DNA of 64,000 nucleotides, from assembly GCA_963674865.2 (NCBI GenBank), contig CAXXYE010000006.1:192001-256000 (forward strand), written 5' to 3'. Shown here in pieces: positions 20,525 through 31,281 of the stretch. Each line of letters begins with the position of its first letter. Within the stretch, counting starts at the first letter, position 1. Source of the stretch: Candidatus Hydrogenedentota bacterium (GTDB taxonomy: Bacteria > Hydrogenedentota > Hydrogenedentia > Hydrogenedentales > SLHB01). Under the pieces are notes generated by a model. That model did not search any database. It was given only the letters and a program-made list of their open reading frames with translations, and was not told the origin of the DNA. The position numbers and the translations under genes are program-made.

Positions 20525-21661
20525 TTATCCCTCCCGACGGGCTCTGATAGCATCGTTTGTGATGGCCCCATCGTGGGTTACGAGGCACCCTCGGAGAATG
20601 TCGCTTTCGAGATCAAGGTTGAGTGCTTTGCGCTCTTCATCCCAGAGGAAATCGATCAGATTGCCCACGTTGGCGGAGTACATCTGACTGGCATGGACGG
20701 GCGTCCGTCCGGCGAGATTCGTCAGCCCAATGATTCTCACGCCGTTAATCTCGACCTCCTCCCCCGGCACAACACCTTCGACGTTGCCGCCCGATTCCAC
20801 GGCCAAGTCGACGATCACGCTGCCCGGCTTCATACCGCGAACCATCTCCGCCGTAACGATCATCGGGGCCCGCCGCCCGAAAAGCTGCGCTGTCGTGATA
20901 ACCACGTCGGCCTGAGCGCACACCTTGGCCATGCCTTCACGTTGTTTGGCCTGTTGCTCCGGCGTCAATTCCTTCGCGTAGCCTTGCTCCGTCTGGCCCG
21001 TTTCGCCCAGATCCACCTTGACGAAGCGAGCGCCCAGAGACCGAACTTCCTCGGCCACGGCCGGCCGAGTATCGAAGGCGTCGACCCGCGCGCCCAGCCG
21101 CCTGGCCGTGGCGATGGCCTGCAAACCGGCAACGCCCGCGCCGATGACGAACATCCGCGCGGGGGATAAGGTACCTGCGGGCGTCATCAGCATCGGCATG
21201 ATCTTGTTGAGCCGCTCCGCCGCGAGGATGACGGCGGTGTATCCGGCCAGGTTAGCCTGTGAGCTGAGGCCATCCATCTTCTGGGCGATAGTCGTGCGAG
21301 GGATCATCTCCATGCTGATGGCGCTGACTTTGCACTGCACAAGTGCGTCTATCAGGCCGGGCTCATTGAAGAGATCAAGGAAGCTGATGTGAACGCAGCC
21401 CTCCTTCAGGCGATCCACTTCCTCAGACGGCGGCTTCCGCACGCGCACCACCACATCCGCATCGGACAGGGCCGCCGCTCGATCCGTGACGATGCCGGCG
21501 CCGGCTTCCGTATAGGCTTCGTCCGGATTCCCGGACTGGGCGCCCGCCGCCGACTCGAGGGCGACATCCATCCCCTTGCCCACTAGCCGGGCAACGGTGT
21601 CAGGAACGAGCGCAACACGCGTCTCGCCGGAAGACGTTTCTCTAGGCGCGAATATCAACAT
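20525..21661 (-). CDS. pntA: NAD(P) transhydrogenase alpha subunit, part 1 (dI domain)
   Basis: ETRVALVP, SSQANLAGY, GAGVAGLQA, GYAKE and DLAVESGGN. Confidence 0.95.
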   Translation of the reverse strand: MLIFAPRETSSGETRVALVPDTVARLVGKGMDVALESAAGAQSGNPDEAYTEAGAGIVTDRAAALSDADVVVRVRKPPSEEVDRLKEGCVHISFLDLFNEPGLIDALVQCKVSAISMEMIPRTTIAQKMDGLSSQANLAGYTAVILAAERLNKIMPMLMTPAGTLSPARMFVIGAGVAGLQAIATARRLGARVDAFDTRPAVAEEVRSLGARFVKVDLGETGQTEQGYAKELTPEQQAKQREGMAKVCAQADVVITTAQLFGRRAPMIVTAEMVRGMKPGSVIVDLAVESGGNVEGVVPGEEVEINGVRIIGLTNLAGRTPVHASQMYSANVGNLIDFLWDEERKALNLDLESDILRGCLVTHDGAITNDAIRARREG

Positions 21662-22064
21662 GGCCTCGGACGGATAGCCTCCCATGTGCTATGCCCGCAA
21701 AGGACTTCCGGACGTCTCCACAAGCACCTGTCAAGATGACACGTATGTCCGTTTGCGCACCGCCTACATTCTCTTCCCCCAAGCATTAACCTTCCCTATA
21801 TAAATAGACATTGCGGATGAGGCAAACATTTCTTCAGGGGGTGGATTCTTGCCGAAATCTAGGCACGCCGCATACGGCCAAGGCGCTCCAATGAGGGAAT
21901 GCCACAAACGCGAGCATCACTCGAACCATTTCGGCCCTGCCTAAAGAGCCGCCTCCCGGACAGATCGCTTATGATGTTTATTTGACACACGCGCGCAACC
22001 GGGCGTTACAATGCCCTCAACGAGGATAATATCTGTTAATTGGACTCGAAGGGGAGTACTCGCT

Positions 22065-22685
22065 ATGCCCATGAGCGAGGAGACGTGCCGGGCTATCGAC
22101 ATCTTGCGTTCACTTCGCAGAGCTTCCATTTTTGATCCTTGGACCGCCTCCGAATTGGCGGTTGTCGTGCAGTATGGCGACGAAGCCATCACTGAGAGGC
22201 TGGCAAAGCACTTCCGGCTTGATAAGTCTGAGGAGGACCACGGGAAGATACATGATACGGTGCGGCAGATCGTGTCGGAGATTGCCGAGAGCAAGGGATC
22301 CGTTCCTGCCCTTGCGGGCGTTAGGCACACGCTCGGTGTCCTCAGAAGGAATCACTGGGTGCGCTCCGCCCGAGGGAAAGGATACTGGCTCACCAAATCG
22401 GGGGAAGCCGTATCACTTCTGGACGTCATGAACGCGTGCGGATACAACGCGGCCATCACCAGGTGCTGTCACGAGGGCGAGACAGATGCCTGCTTCTACG
22501 CCTCAACGTGCGCGGCACAGAGATTCTACAAACAGCTCGCCGCCGAACTGGCGTCAGCCTACAGCCGCATAACGGTTGCCGATATTGACAGCGGCGTCAG
22601 TCGCGTCGAGATCCGCGTGCACAGGGAGTCGCCTTCACAGAAGGAAGCCTCCGCGCCGTTTCCTGACGCGCGATCCGCCATATAG
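22065..22685 (+). CDS. Rrf2-family transcriptional regulator, atypical (insertion in the HTH region)
   Basis: VRSARGKGYWL..SLLDV wing motif, Cys cluster CC-x7-C-x5-C and terminal ITVADI. GGGGAG RBS. Confidence 0.75.
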   Translation: MPMSEETCRAIDILRSLRRASIFDPWTASELAVVVQYGDEAITERLAKHFRLDKSEEDHGKIHDTVRQIVSEIAESKGSVPALAGVRHTLGVLRRNHWVRSARGKGYWLTKSGEAVSLLDVMNACGYNAAITRCCHEGETDACFYASTCAAQRFYKQLAAELASAYSRITVADIDSGVSRVEIRVHRESPSQKEASAPFPDARSAI

Positions 22686-22837
22686 CGCGCTACCAAGCCG
22701 CGCACTTGGCATTCCGTATTTCGCTTGGAGACTCTGGACATGGCCGCCGACAAGAGAACGTCCCTAGTCGGATACCTGACTCGGGACGCGGTATAAGCAG
22801 TATCGCCCGAACTCGAACGGGCGTCGTGTTCGCCCCC

Positions 22838-24115
22838 CTAGCGCTTGTCCATCGGCACGAAAGTGCGCTCCTCCTCGCCGATGTAGATCTGCCGGGGCCT
22901 GTGGATACGCGAGTTGGGGTCGTCGTGCCACTCTTTCCAGTGGGCAATCCAACCTGGCATACGGCCCAGGGCGAACATAACCGTGAACATCTGCGGAGGA
23001 ATGCCCATGGCGTGATAGAGGGTGCCGCTATAGAAGTCGACGTTCGGGTAAAGCCTCCGCTTAATGAAGTAGTCGTCACTGAGCGCGATTTCTTCGAGCT
23101 GCTTGGCGACATCCAGCCGGGGATCCGTCACGCCGATCTCGGTGAGCACCTCATCCACAACCTTCTTCAGAATCCGCGCTCGCGGGTCGTAGTTCTTGTA
23201 CACACGGTGCCCGAATCCCATGAGCCGGATACTGGATTTCTTGTCCTTGACCTGCGCCACAAACGATTTGCAGTCGCCGCCATTGGCGACGATCCGATCA
23301 AGCATATCGATCACGGCCTGGTTCGCGCCGCCGTGAAGAGGGCCCCAAAGAGCACTGATGCCCGCCGAGATCGACGCAAACAAATTGGCGTGGCTGCTGC
23401 CGACCATCCGAACCGTCGAGGTACTACAGTTCTGTTCATGATCCGCATGCAGAATGAGAAGCAGATTGAGGGCCCTTTCGAGCACCGGGGACACGACGTA
23501 CTCCTCGGCAGGGGTGGCGAACATCATGCGCAGGAAGTTGGCAGGATACGAGAGCGTCGTCAGGGGGTATATGAACGGGCCGCCTACGGATTTCTTGTAG
23601 GAGAAGGCCGCGATCGTCTTGGCCTTCGCGAGTACTTGGACAATGTTGTGGTCCATGTCTCCGCCCTCGAAGCTGTCCAGGTGATAGGCGGAAAGAGACG
23701 ACATCATCGACGAGAGGATGGCCATGGGATGTGCATTCGTCGGAAACCCCTCGAAGAACTTCAGCATGTCCTCATGGATGAAGCTATCGAGGGTCAGTCG
23801 GCGGCGCCAGTCATCATATTCGTTCGTGGAAGGCAGGTGGCCGTAGATTAGAAGATAGGCGATTTCGGAGAATGTCGCCGACGATTCCGCAATCTGCTCG
23901 ATCGGATATCCACGGTAACGAAGAACCCCCTTGTCCCCATCGATAAACGTGATTGCGCTCTTGCACGAGCCCGTGCTCAGATAGCCCGGATCCAGAGTAA
24001 TGACCCCCGTCTTACTGCGGAGCGCGCCTATCTCAATGCCGACTTCGTTCTCCGAGCCGGCCACAACAGGAAACTCATACTCCTTACCATCTAGAATCAG
24101 TTTCGCCGTCTTCAT
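22838..24115 (-). CDS. gltA: Citrate synthase
   Basis: HADHEQNCSTS, GPLHGGAN, MGFGHRVY and YPNVDFYSG. Confidence 0.97.
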   Translation of the reverse strand: MKTAKLILDGKEYEFPVVAGSENEVGIEIGALRSKTGVITLDPGYLSTGSCKSAITFIDGDKGVLRYRGYPIEQIAESSATFSEIAYLLIYGHLPSTNEYDDWRRRLTLDSFIHEDMLKFFEGFPTNAHPMAILSSMMSSLSAYHLDSFEGGDMDHNIVQVLAKAKTIAAFSYKKSVGGPFIYPLTTLSYPANFLRMMFATPAEEYVVSPVLERALNLLLILHADHEQNCSTSTVRMVGSSHANLFASISAGISALWGPLHGGANQAVIDMLDRIVANGGDCKSFVAQVKDKKSSIRLMGFGHRVYKNYDPRARILKKVVDEVLTEIGVTDPRLDVAKQLEEIALSDDYFIKRRLYPNVDFYSGTLYHAMGIPPQMFTVMFALGRMPGWIAHWKEWHDDPNSRIHRPRQIYIGEEERTFVPMDKR

Positions 24116-24242
24116 TGCTACCTCCATTCTTTCTGCGCAAGCAGGTGCCCGGGCCTTGCCCGAGTCGAGGTCTGAGGCCCCGGGCCGCGCTGTAGCCACT
24201 GCAGCCCGCCCGCTCTATCGGGCTTCGCACGCCTGGCAGCGC

Positions 24243-25487
24243 CTACATATTCTCAATGATGGCCGATGCATACTCCGAGGTCTTCAGGAGCGTGGCGCCT
24301 TCCATCAATCTGTGGAGGTCGTAAGTCACACGCTTCTGGATAATCGTTTCTTGTATGGCCTTCTCAACCAGTCTCGCCGCCTCGGACCACCCGAGATGAT
24401 CCAGCATCATGACGCCGGAAAGCATAAGCGATCCCGGATTCACTTTGTCCTGGTCGGCATACTTCGGCGCCGTTCCGTGAGTCGCCTCAAACAATGCGAT
24501 CACATCGCCCAGGTTAGCGCCCGGGGCCATCCCCAAGCCGCCGACCTGCGCGGCGCAGGCGTCGGACAGATAGTCGCCGTTCAGGTTGGGCAGCGCCACG
24601 ACCTCGTACTCGTTCGTCCGCGTAAGCACCTGCTGAAACATGCTGTCAGCGATACGGTCATTGATAACAATCTTCCCATCGGGCGCTTTGCCGCCATGCT
24701 CATCGTACAGCGCCTGCTCCGTGATGGTGTCCGAGGCGAACTCCTCCCGAGCCAACTCGTACCCCCAGTCCCGGAAAGCCCCCTCCGTGAACTTCATGAT
24801 GTTGCCCTTATGGACGAGCGTGACGGTCTTCCTGCCTCTCGCCTTGGCGTACTGGATCGCCTTCCGCACGAGACGCTTAGAGCCGGTGATGCTGATCGGC
24901 TTGATCCCGATCCCCGAGTCCTCACGGATATCGACGCCAAAGGACTCCCGGAGATACTCGATGAGGCGCTTGGCCTCATCCGTGCCTTCCTGCCACTCGA
25001 TGCCGGCGTAGACGTCCTCCGTATTCTCACGGAATATGACGATATCCATGCGCTCTGGATGAGTTACGGGACTCGGAACCCCGGCGTAGTACTTGACGGG
25101 CCGCACACAGGCGTACAGCTCGAGAATCTGCCGCATCGCCACGTTCAAGCTCCGAAATCCCCCGCCGACGGGCGTCGTCAGCGGCCCCTTTATGACAACG
25201 ATGAAGTGCCGGATGGCCTCAATAGTTTCCTTGGGCAAGACTTCGCCATACTGCTCCTGCGCCTTGTCGCCAGCGAAGATCTCACACCAGGCAATCTTGC
25301 GTGCTCCGCCGTAAGACTTCTCCACTGCGGCATCCCAGACGCGGCGCGAAGCGCGCATGATATCCGGGCCGATGCCGTCGCCCTCGATAAAGGGGATAAT
25401 GGGATTATCGGACACCACAAGTCCGCCGTCACGATACTCGATGGTGTCTCCCTGCGTCGGAACCTGAATCTTGTCAAACGATGGCAT
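24243..25487 (-). CDS. icd: Isocitrate dehydrogenase (NADP-type)
   Basis: [45 protein letters not shown] and VTYD. Confidence 0.97.
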   Translation of the reverse strand: MPSFDKIQVPTQGDTIEYRDGGLVVSDNPIIPFIEGDGIGPDIMRASRRVWDAAVEKSYGGARKIAWCEIFAGDKAQEQYGEVLPKETIEAIRHFIVVIKGPLTTPVGGGFRSLNVAMRQILELYACVRPVKYYAGVPSPVTHPERMDIVIFRENTEDVYAGIEWQEGTDEAKRLIEYLRESFGVDIREDSGIGIKPISITGSKRLVRKAIQYAKARGRKTVTLVHKGNIMKFTEGAFRDWGYELAREEFASDTITEQALYDEHGGKAPDGKIVINDRIADSMFQQVLTRTNEYEVVALPNLNGDYLSDACAAQVGGLGMAPGANLGDVIALFEATHGTAPKYADQDKVNPGSLMLSGVMMLDHLGWSEAARLVEKAIQETIIQKRVTYDLHRLMEGATLLKTSEYASAIIENM

Positions 25488-25552
25488 ATCTACAGACTTC
25501 CTTCCTTCCCTAGGACCTCAACAGCCACAACGGAATGCGCCAAGCGGCTCCC

Positions 25553-26489
<937 letters not shown>

Positions 26490-26991
26490 GGCACTTCCTT
26501 TCCAAGAATCCTCCGCAATTCTCCACCATCACGGATTCAACCCTTGCCCTAGGACAAGTGAGCAGCCTGGGAATTCGTTCAGGCAGGAGAAGCTCTATTG
26601 TCGCTTATTCTCGCGGCGGAATCCAGCCCGCGAATCAAAGGACGCTTCAGTAGGCCCGCCCGGAAGTCACGTCATCCAGTTGCGGCGTCGCGAGGAGCAT
26701 GTCTCCTCGACGCCAGCCATGCGGCCGTCACATTCCCCAAGGAGGCCGCCTTCAAAAGCGGCAGGCGAGCCGCAGCGCGATGCTAACATACTGCTATACA
26801 GCAGCTTAGAGCGGGGCGCTCCTGGTAAGCGGGCGCTGGGCAGCTATTGCTCTTGGAAATGAGGTTGAAGTATAAGGGAGGTAAGGTAATGCCTCGTCCG
26901 CAGTGGTGCAATCTGGCGGCACGGGCTGAGCTCGGATTGGCCGGAGGATGCAATCTGCAAAGGGTAGGCAAACGGGCAGGGAGGAAGAGAA

Positions 26992-29409
26992 ATGCGTTGG
27001 TACAGTGTTGGAACGGCGTTAGTTCTTCTTGTGACGATATTGTCATGCATGGATGCCGCCGGACAACCCGGTGTGACGGCCGGCAGCTTCGTGGACCTCT
27101 CGCAGGCGGAGATCGTCGTGTCCGGCGATAGCGCGATTATCGCCAAAGCGGCGCAGATGCTTCAGGAGGAGATCGAAAAACGCTCATCCCTCCGGCTGAA
27201 AATCACAAACAGGGCCGCCTCGGGCGGAGATCCGGCCATCGTCATCGGCACACTCGCCCAGTCAAAGGGCGCCGTTCTCCGCAACAACAGTACAACTGAA
27301 ATCGCAGTCCCCCGACAAAGCCGAGGGATACGCCATCTGGCTCACCGGTAAGACCCTCAGGCTTGTCGGGCATGATGAACGAGGCGCATTGTTTGCCGCA
27401 GGGCATGTGATCCGTCTCGCTCGCTTGGCGGAGAATGTCTTTGAGATGCCCGCAGACGTAGCCATTTCCACCTCTCCCGCGTACGGCATGCGCGGACACC
27501 AGATTGGCTTCCGAAATACCGCCAACAGCTACGACGCCTGGGACTTAGACACTTACGAGCAATACATCCGGGACTGCATAATCTTCGGCGCAAACGCCAT
27601 CGAGCTGATCCCCTCGCTCAGGGAAGGCTACCTGAACGGCCCAGTGATGGAAGTCCCCCAGCGGACGATGAACGTCGAGTTGGCCCGACTGCTGCATTCC
27701 TATGGCCTCGACGTCTGGCTCTTCCTCGCCCTTGGCGGCGACATTGAGCATCCCGAGGAGTGGCAAGAGGAACTCGACGCCCGTGCCGACTTATTCGCGG
27801 CCTATCCGGCTGTGGATCACGTCATGGTGCCTGGGGGCGATCCGGGCCACACGGAGCCGGAGCTTCTGATGCCATGGCTGGCCGAGATGGCAAAGCTGTT
27901 GCGCGCCCGTTTCCCCGAGGCCGGGCTGTGGGTGTCCAATCAGGGATTCACCCGCGAGCAGAACGACGTCTTCTTCCGCTACTTGCAGGAGCATCAGCCG
28001 GATTGGTTGACGGGCGTCGTCTTCGGGCCCTGGACGAAGATCGGCCTGAAGGAGGAAAGGGAGCGGACGCCGGCGAAGTACAAGATACGCCGCTATCCCC
28101 GACATTACCCACAACGTCCGATGCCAGTATCCGGTGCCCGGCTGGGATCGCGCCTTTGCGCAGACAATCGGCCGCGAGTGCGCCAATCCCAGGCCCGCGG
28201 GAACGGCCCACATCCACAATGAGCTCGCCCCGCTCGCGGATGGCTTCGTAAGCTATTCCGATGGGTGCCATGACGATCTGAATAAGATGATCTGGACTGC
28301 CCTCGGATGGGGATCCGGAGGCGGATGTCGCGGACATTGTGAAGGAATACGCCAGAGCCTTTTTCGGCGACGCATACGCCGACGATATAGCGAAGGGCCT
28401 TTGGATGCTCGAGGCGAACTGGCAAGGCCCCGCCGCCGCGAACGAGGGCATCGACGAGACTCTTGCACATTGGCAGGCTATCGAGAAGCGCGCGGGCGAG
28501 GACGTAGCGGGGAACTGGCGTTTCCAACTGCATCTGCTGCGGGCGTTGTGCGACGCGTACATCCGAGCGCGCGTGATCGCGGAAACAGGGCAGGAAGAGC
28601 AGATGTACGCGATGCTCAAAGCGCCCCGCGGGGAAGGCCGCCTGAGAGGGCCGAGATCGCGCCGCGGCGGATTCCGCGAGAGCGTGGCGCCGCGCGTACG
28701 CAAGGATATACGTCGGCGCATCGAAAGGCTTTCTCTGGACATGCTCGACAGCATTGGAATGCAGTTCTCGGTTCTTGAGCCTTATCGCGCTTCCAATACC
28801 GAGCGAGGCGCCATCCTCGATGGAATCGACAGGCCGTTGAACAACCAGCTTTGGCTTGCCAAGCAACTCGGCGAATTGCGAGAAATGGAAGACGAGTCCG
28901 CGCAGGCCGAGCGCATTGAGATGCTAGCCAACTGGGAATCGCCGAAGCCGGGCGCGCTCTATGACGACCTCGGCTGCGCTTGGAGACAGCCCCACCTGGT
29001 GCGGCAAGCGACGTGGGATACCGACCCCGGCTTCGTAGACGGCCCACAGGAAGAGCACAGCGTCGGACTGGACAAGCGCTCGCGCACGGCCACCGATGAA
29101 CGCATGTCCTGGCTGGATCAGGCACAAACGCTGTTCGGCGCGCCTTTGCGCATGCACTACGACGAGTTGGATCCCGGCAAGTCCTACACGCTGCGTGTCA
29201 CCTACGCGGGCCGGTATCGGGCGACGATGCGGCTGGTGGCCGACAACGCCTACGAAATCCACGCAGCCCTCAAACAGCCGGAGTCCATCTGGCCCGTCGA
29301 CTTCCCGGTGCCGCGCGAGGCCACGCAGGATGGCGCGCTTGACCTCGAATGGCAGCTCATTGACGGCCGTGGGTGTCAAGTGGCCGAGGTATGGCTTATC
29401 CCGGAGTAG
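26992..29409 (+). CDS. Secreted glycoside-hydrolase-like protein of about 800 aa (GH20/GH67-type N-terminal domain), split by three +1 frameshifts
   Basis: Signal peptide. The fragments join into continuous sequence when one base is removed from homopolymers at 27309-13, 28097-100 and 28309-12. Confidence 0.7.
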
Positions 29410-29426
29410 AGAAGCAACGGCGTTCT

Positions 29427-31109
29427 CTAGGGCGCGGCGGTATCGGCCGCCGGTACTGACACCTCGACAGGCAGCCAGTGTGTTCCGTCGGCGACGGGAG
29501 TGAGGTCCGCAGGCGACGCGTCGGCCGGCAGGACGGGCTCGAAGGCCAGCGGATTGTCGCACGGCGGGAACTTTGCACGCACATCGGCCACGAAAGCGCG
29601 AATCCGCTGAGGATTGGCGATAGGCGCGGTAGGTTCCATCTCTCCCGCGAGGTCTTCGAGAGCGCGCAGGTCGTTCTCGATAATGCGCCCATCCTCTTCT
29701 CCTTTGTCTTCGCGGTAGCGCAGCCAACGGCACACCACGTCCGCAACGTAGCGCCAGACGCGTGTGCACTTGTGCTGGAGTCGCATGCGTTTGGAGAGGC
29801 CTTCGTAATCCTCCGGACTCAGGGCGTCCGCTGCGGCCTCAAGGTCGTCAAGCGACTGCGCGGCCAAGGCGACAGCCTCCCCTTTCTCATGCCAGATGCG
29901 GGAGAGCATCGCGTCAGAGGGCTTGAGGAGAGCCTCGTAACTCGCCGTAAAGGCCGGTTCCCACTGGGGCAGGTTCTTCGCATCGAGACACCGGGCGCGC
30001 AACTCCTCCGGTATATCGCTGCTCTTCTCAAGCGCCCAGTGGCCGAGGATGTAGTACATCTTCCTGCCAATAGGATAACTGCGCCGCAAGGCGGCAATGA
30101 GGCGCCTGGATGCTTCCGTATCCGGCGCCAAACCGTAGCGCTTCTGAATCCAATCGCGCCAGATGGCGTCCGCGGACACGTCGGGGCCTTCGAGAAGCCG
30201 CTGCATAGCATACAGGTTGACCTCGTTGGGCGTATCCAGCACGGTGTCGGCACTGCACGCAACGCGCACGACCACGCCGGCCATACCTCGTGCACGCAGA
30301 GCTTTCATACGCCACGCGAGGTAATCGGTCATGCAGTAGAGAATGTGGCTCCGGCCCTGGTACTCGGCGGCGAGATCGATTTCGATAGTGCTGCTGTTGG
30401 GGCCGACGCGGCCGATGGCCGGATTCACGGGATAGTAAGGCTGCCAATCCTGAGGCACCTCCTTGATCATGGCACGAACGCCGGGCACGGAAGCAATAGC
30501 CTTTCGTATCCATTCGAGTTGATCCGGACTGTGATTGAAGGTGCGCACGTCCATGGCGACGCCATTCGCATCGCACACTTCCTTCACGATGCGGATAGTC
30601 ATGGCCACGCGTTCATCATTCGGCGTGTTCTCGTTGAAATCGCACGCATCATTCCGCACATGCCAGACCTCCGTCGGGCAACTGCCGAACTGCAGCGTGA
30701 TTCCGTCCAAATCTGGGACGCGCGCGAAGGCGGCCTCGTAAGCGGCGCGGCGCGCATCCCACATGCCTTTGCCGCCACCGTCCGGATCGAGACACACATC
30801 GTTGTATCCGTCGCCAATGTTCAGTTCCTTCGCCCAGACGTACACTTTCATGTCGTGTTCATGCGCCAAGCGGCACGTGTCTCTGACGATGCGCTCGACG
30901 GCCGGATCGTCATTGATCTGATCAATGGCGCGGATGATGTTGTGAGAGAGGCGGATTTCGGTGACGCCGTAGTCACAGGCCCGCTGGATTGTTCGCTCGA
31001 TTCGCCCCCAATCCGCGTGGTGCAGTTGCCAGCCGTAGGAGGGTGCCGGCGCCGCGGCCGCCGCGCCTACCGCGATAATCAATGCAGCAACAAGAAACCT
31101 ACGAAACAC
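29427..31109 (-). CDS. Secreted hypothetical protein, probable TIM-barrel carbohydrate-active enzyme
   Basis: GTG start after GGAGG, signal peptide, AHEHDMKVYVW, PDLDGI and IEIDLAAEYQG. Confidence 0.65.
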   Translation of the reverse strand: MFRRFLVAALIIAVGAAAAAPAPSYGWQLHHADWGRIERTIQRACDYGVTEIRLSHNIIRAIDQINDDPAVERIVRDTCRLAHEHDMKVYVWAKELNIGDGYNDVCLDPDGGGKGMWDARRAAYEAAFARVPDLDGITLQFGSCPTEVWHVRNDACDFNENTPNDERVAMTIRIVKEVCDANGVAMDVRTFNHSPDQLEWIRKAIASVPGVRAMIKEVPQDWQPYYPVNPAIGRVGPNSSTIEIDLAAEYQGRSHILYCMTDYLAWRMKALRARGMAGVVVRVACSADTVLDTPNEVNLYAMQRLLEGPDVSADAIWRDWIQKRYGLAPDTEASRRLIAALRRSYPIGRKMYYILGHWALEKSSDIPEELRARCLDAKNLPQWEPAFTASYEALLKPSDAMLSRIWHEKGEAVALAAQSLDDLEAAADALSPEDYEGLSKRMRLQHKCTRVWRYVADVVCRWLRYREDKGEEDGRIIENDLRALEDLAGEMEPTAPIANPQRIRAFVADVRAKFPPCDNPLAFEPVLPADASPADLTPVADGTHWLPVEVSVPAADTAAP

Positions 31110-31281
31110 GTATCCGCCCTCCTCGCATTGGTGTTTCACGCTGCCCATGCGCGGGCATTGTGCGGAAGGGCGATCCCGCATTCAAATCGGCGCCGGCGCT
31201 ATAGACAGGCTCCGTCACATGTAGGCATCCAGGGAACTGGGCTAGACAAGGCGCTTTAAGCATTTCCCGCCATCGTGTAGG

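Noticed and set aside
21800..21900. Possible c-di-GMP riboswitch (GGCAAAC...GAAA)
   Set aside because: It lacks the P2 pairing and the downstream GCAAAG/P3 elements.
21982..22012. TTGACA...TACAAT promoter before the Rrf2 gene
   Set aside because: The spacer is 19 nt, so it is plausible but too weak to list as a feature.
26889..27131. Small ORF after GGGAGG, and a TGCAATCTG direct repeat (26907, 26949)
   Set aside because: The ORF overlaps the real gene at 26992 and has no recognisable features. A 9-mer pair is too weak.
29478..31259. 593 aa plus-strand ORF, and similar long antisense ORFs (24000-25700, 38429-39706, 41246-42427, 55792-57042)
   Set aside because: These are antisense shadows of recognisable genes, expected from high-GC codon bias, and carry no motifs.
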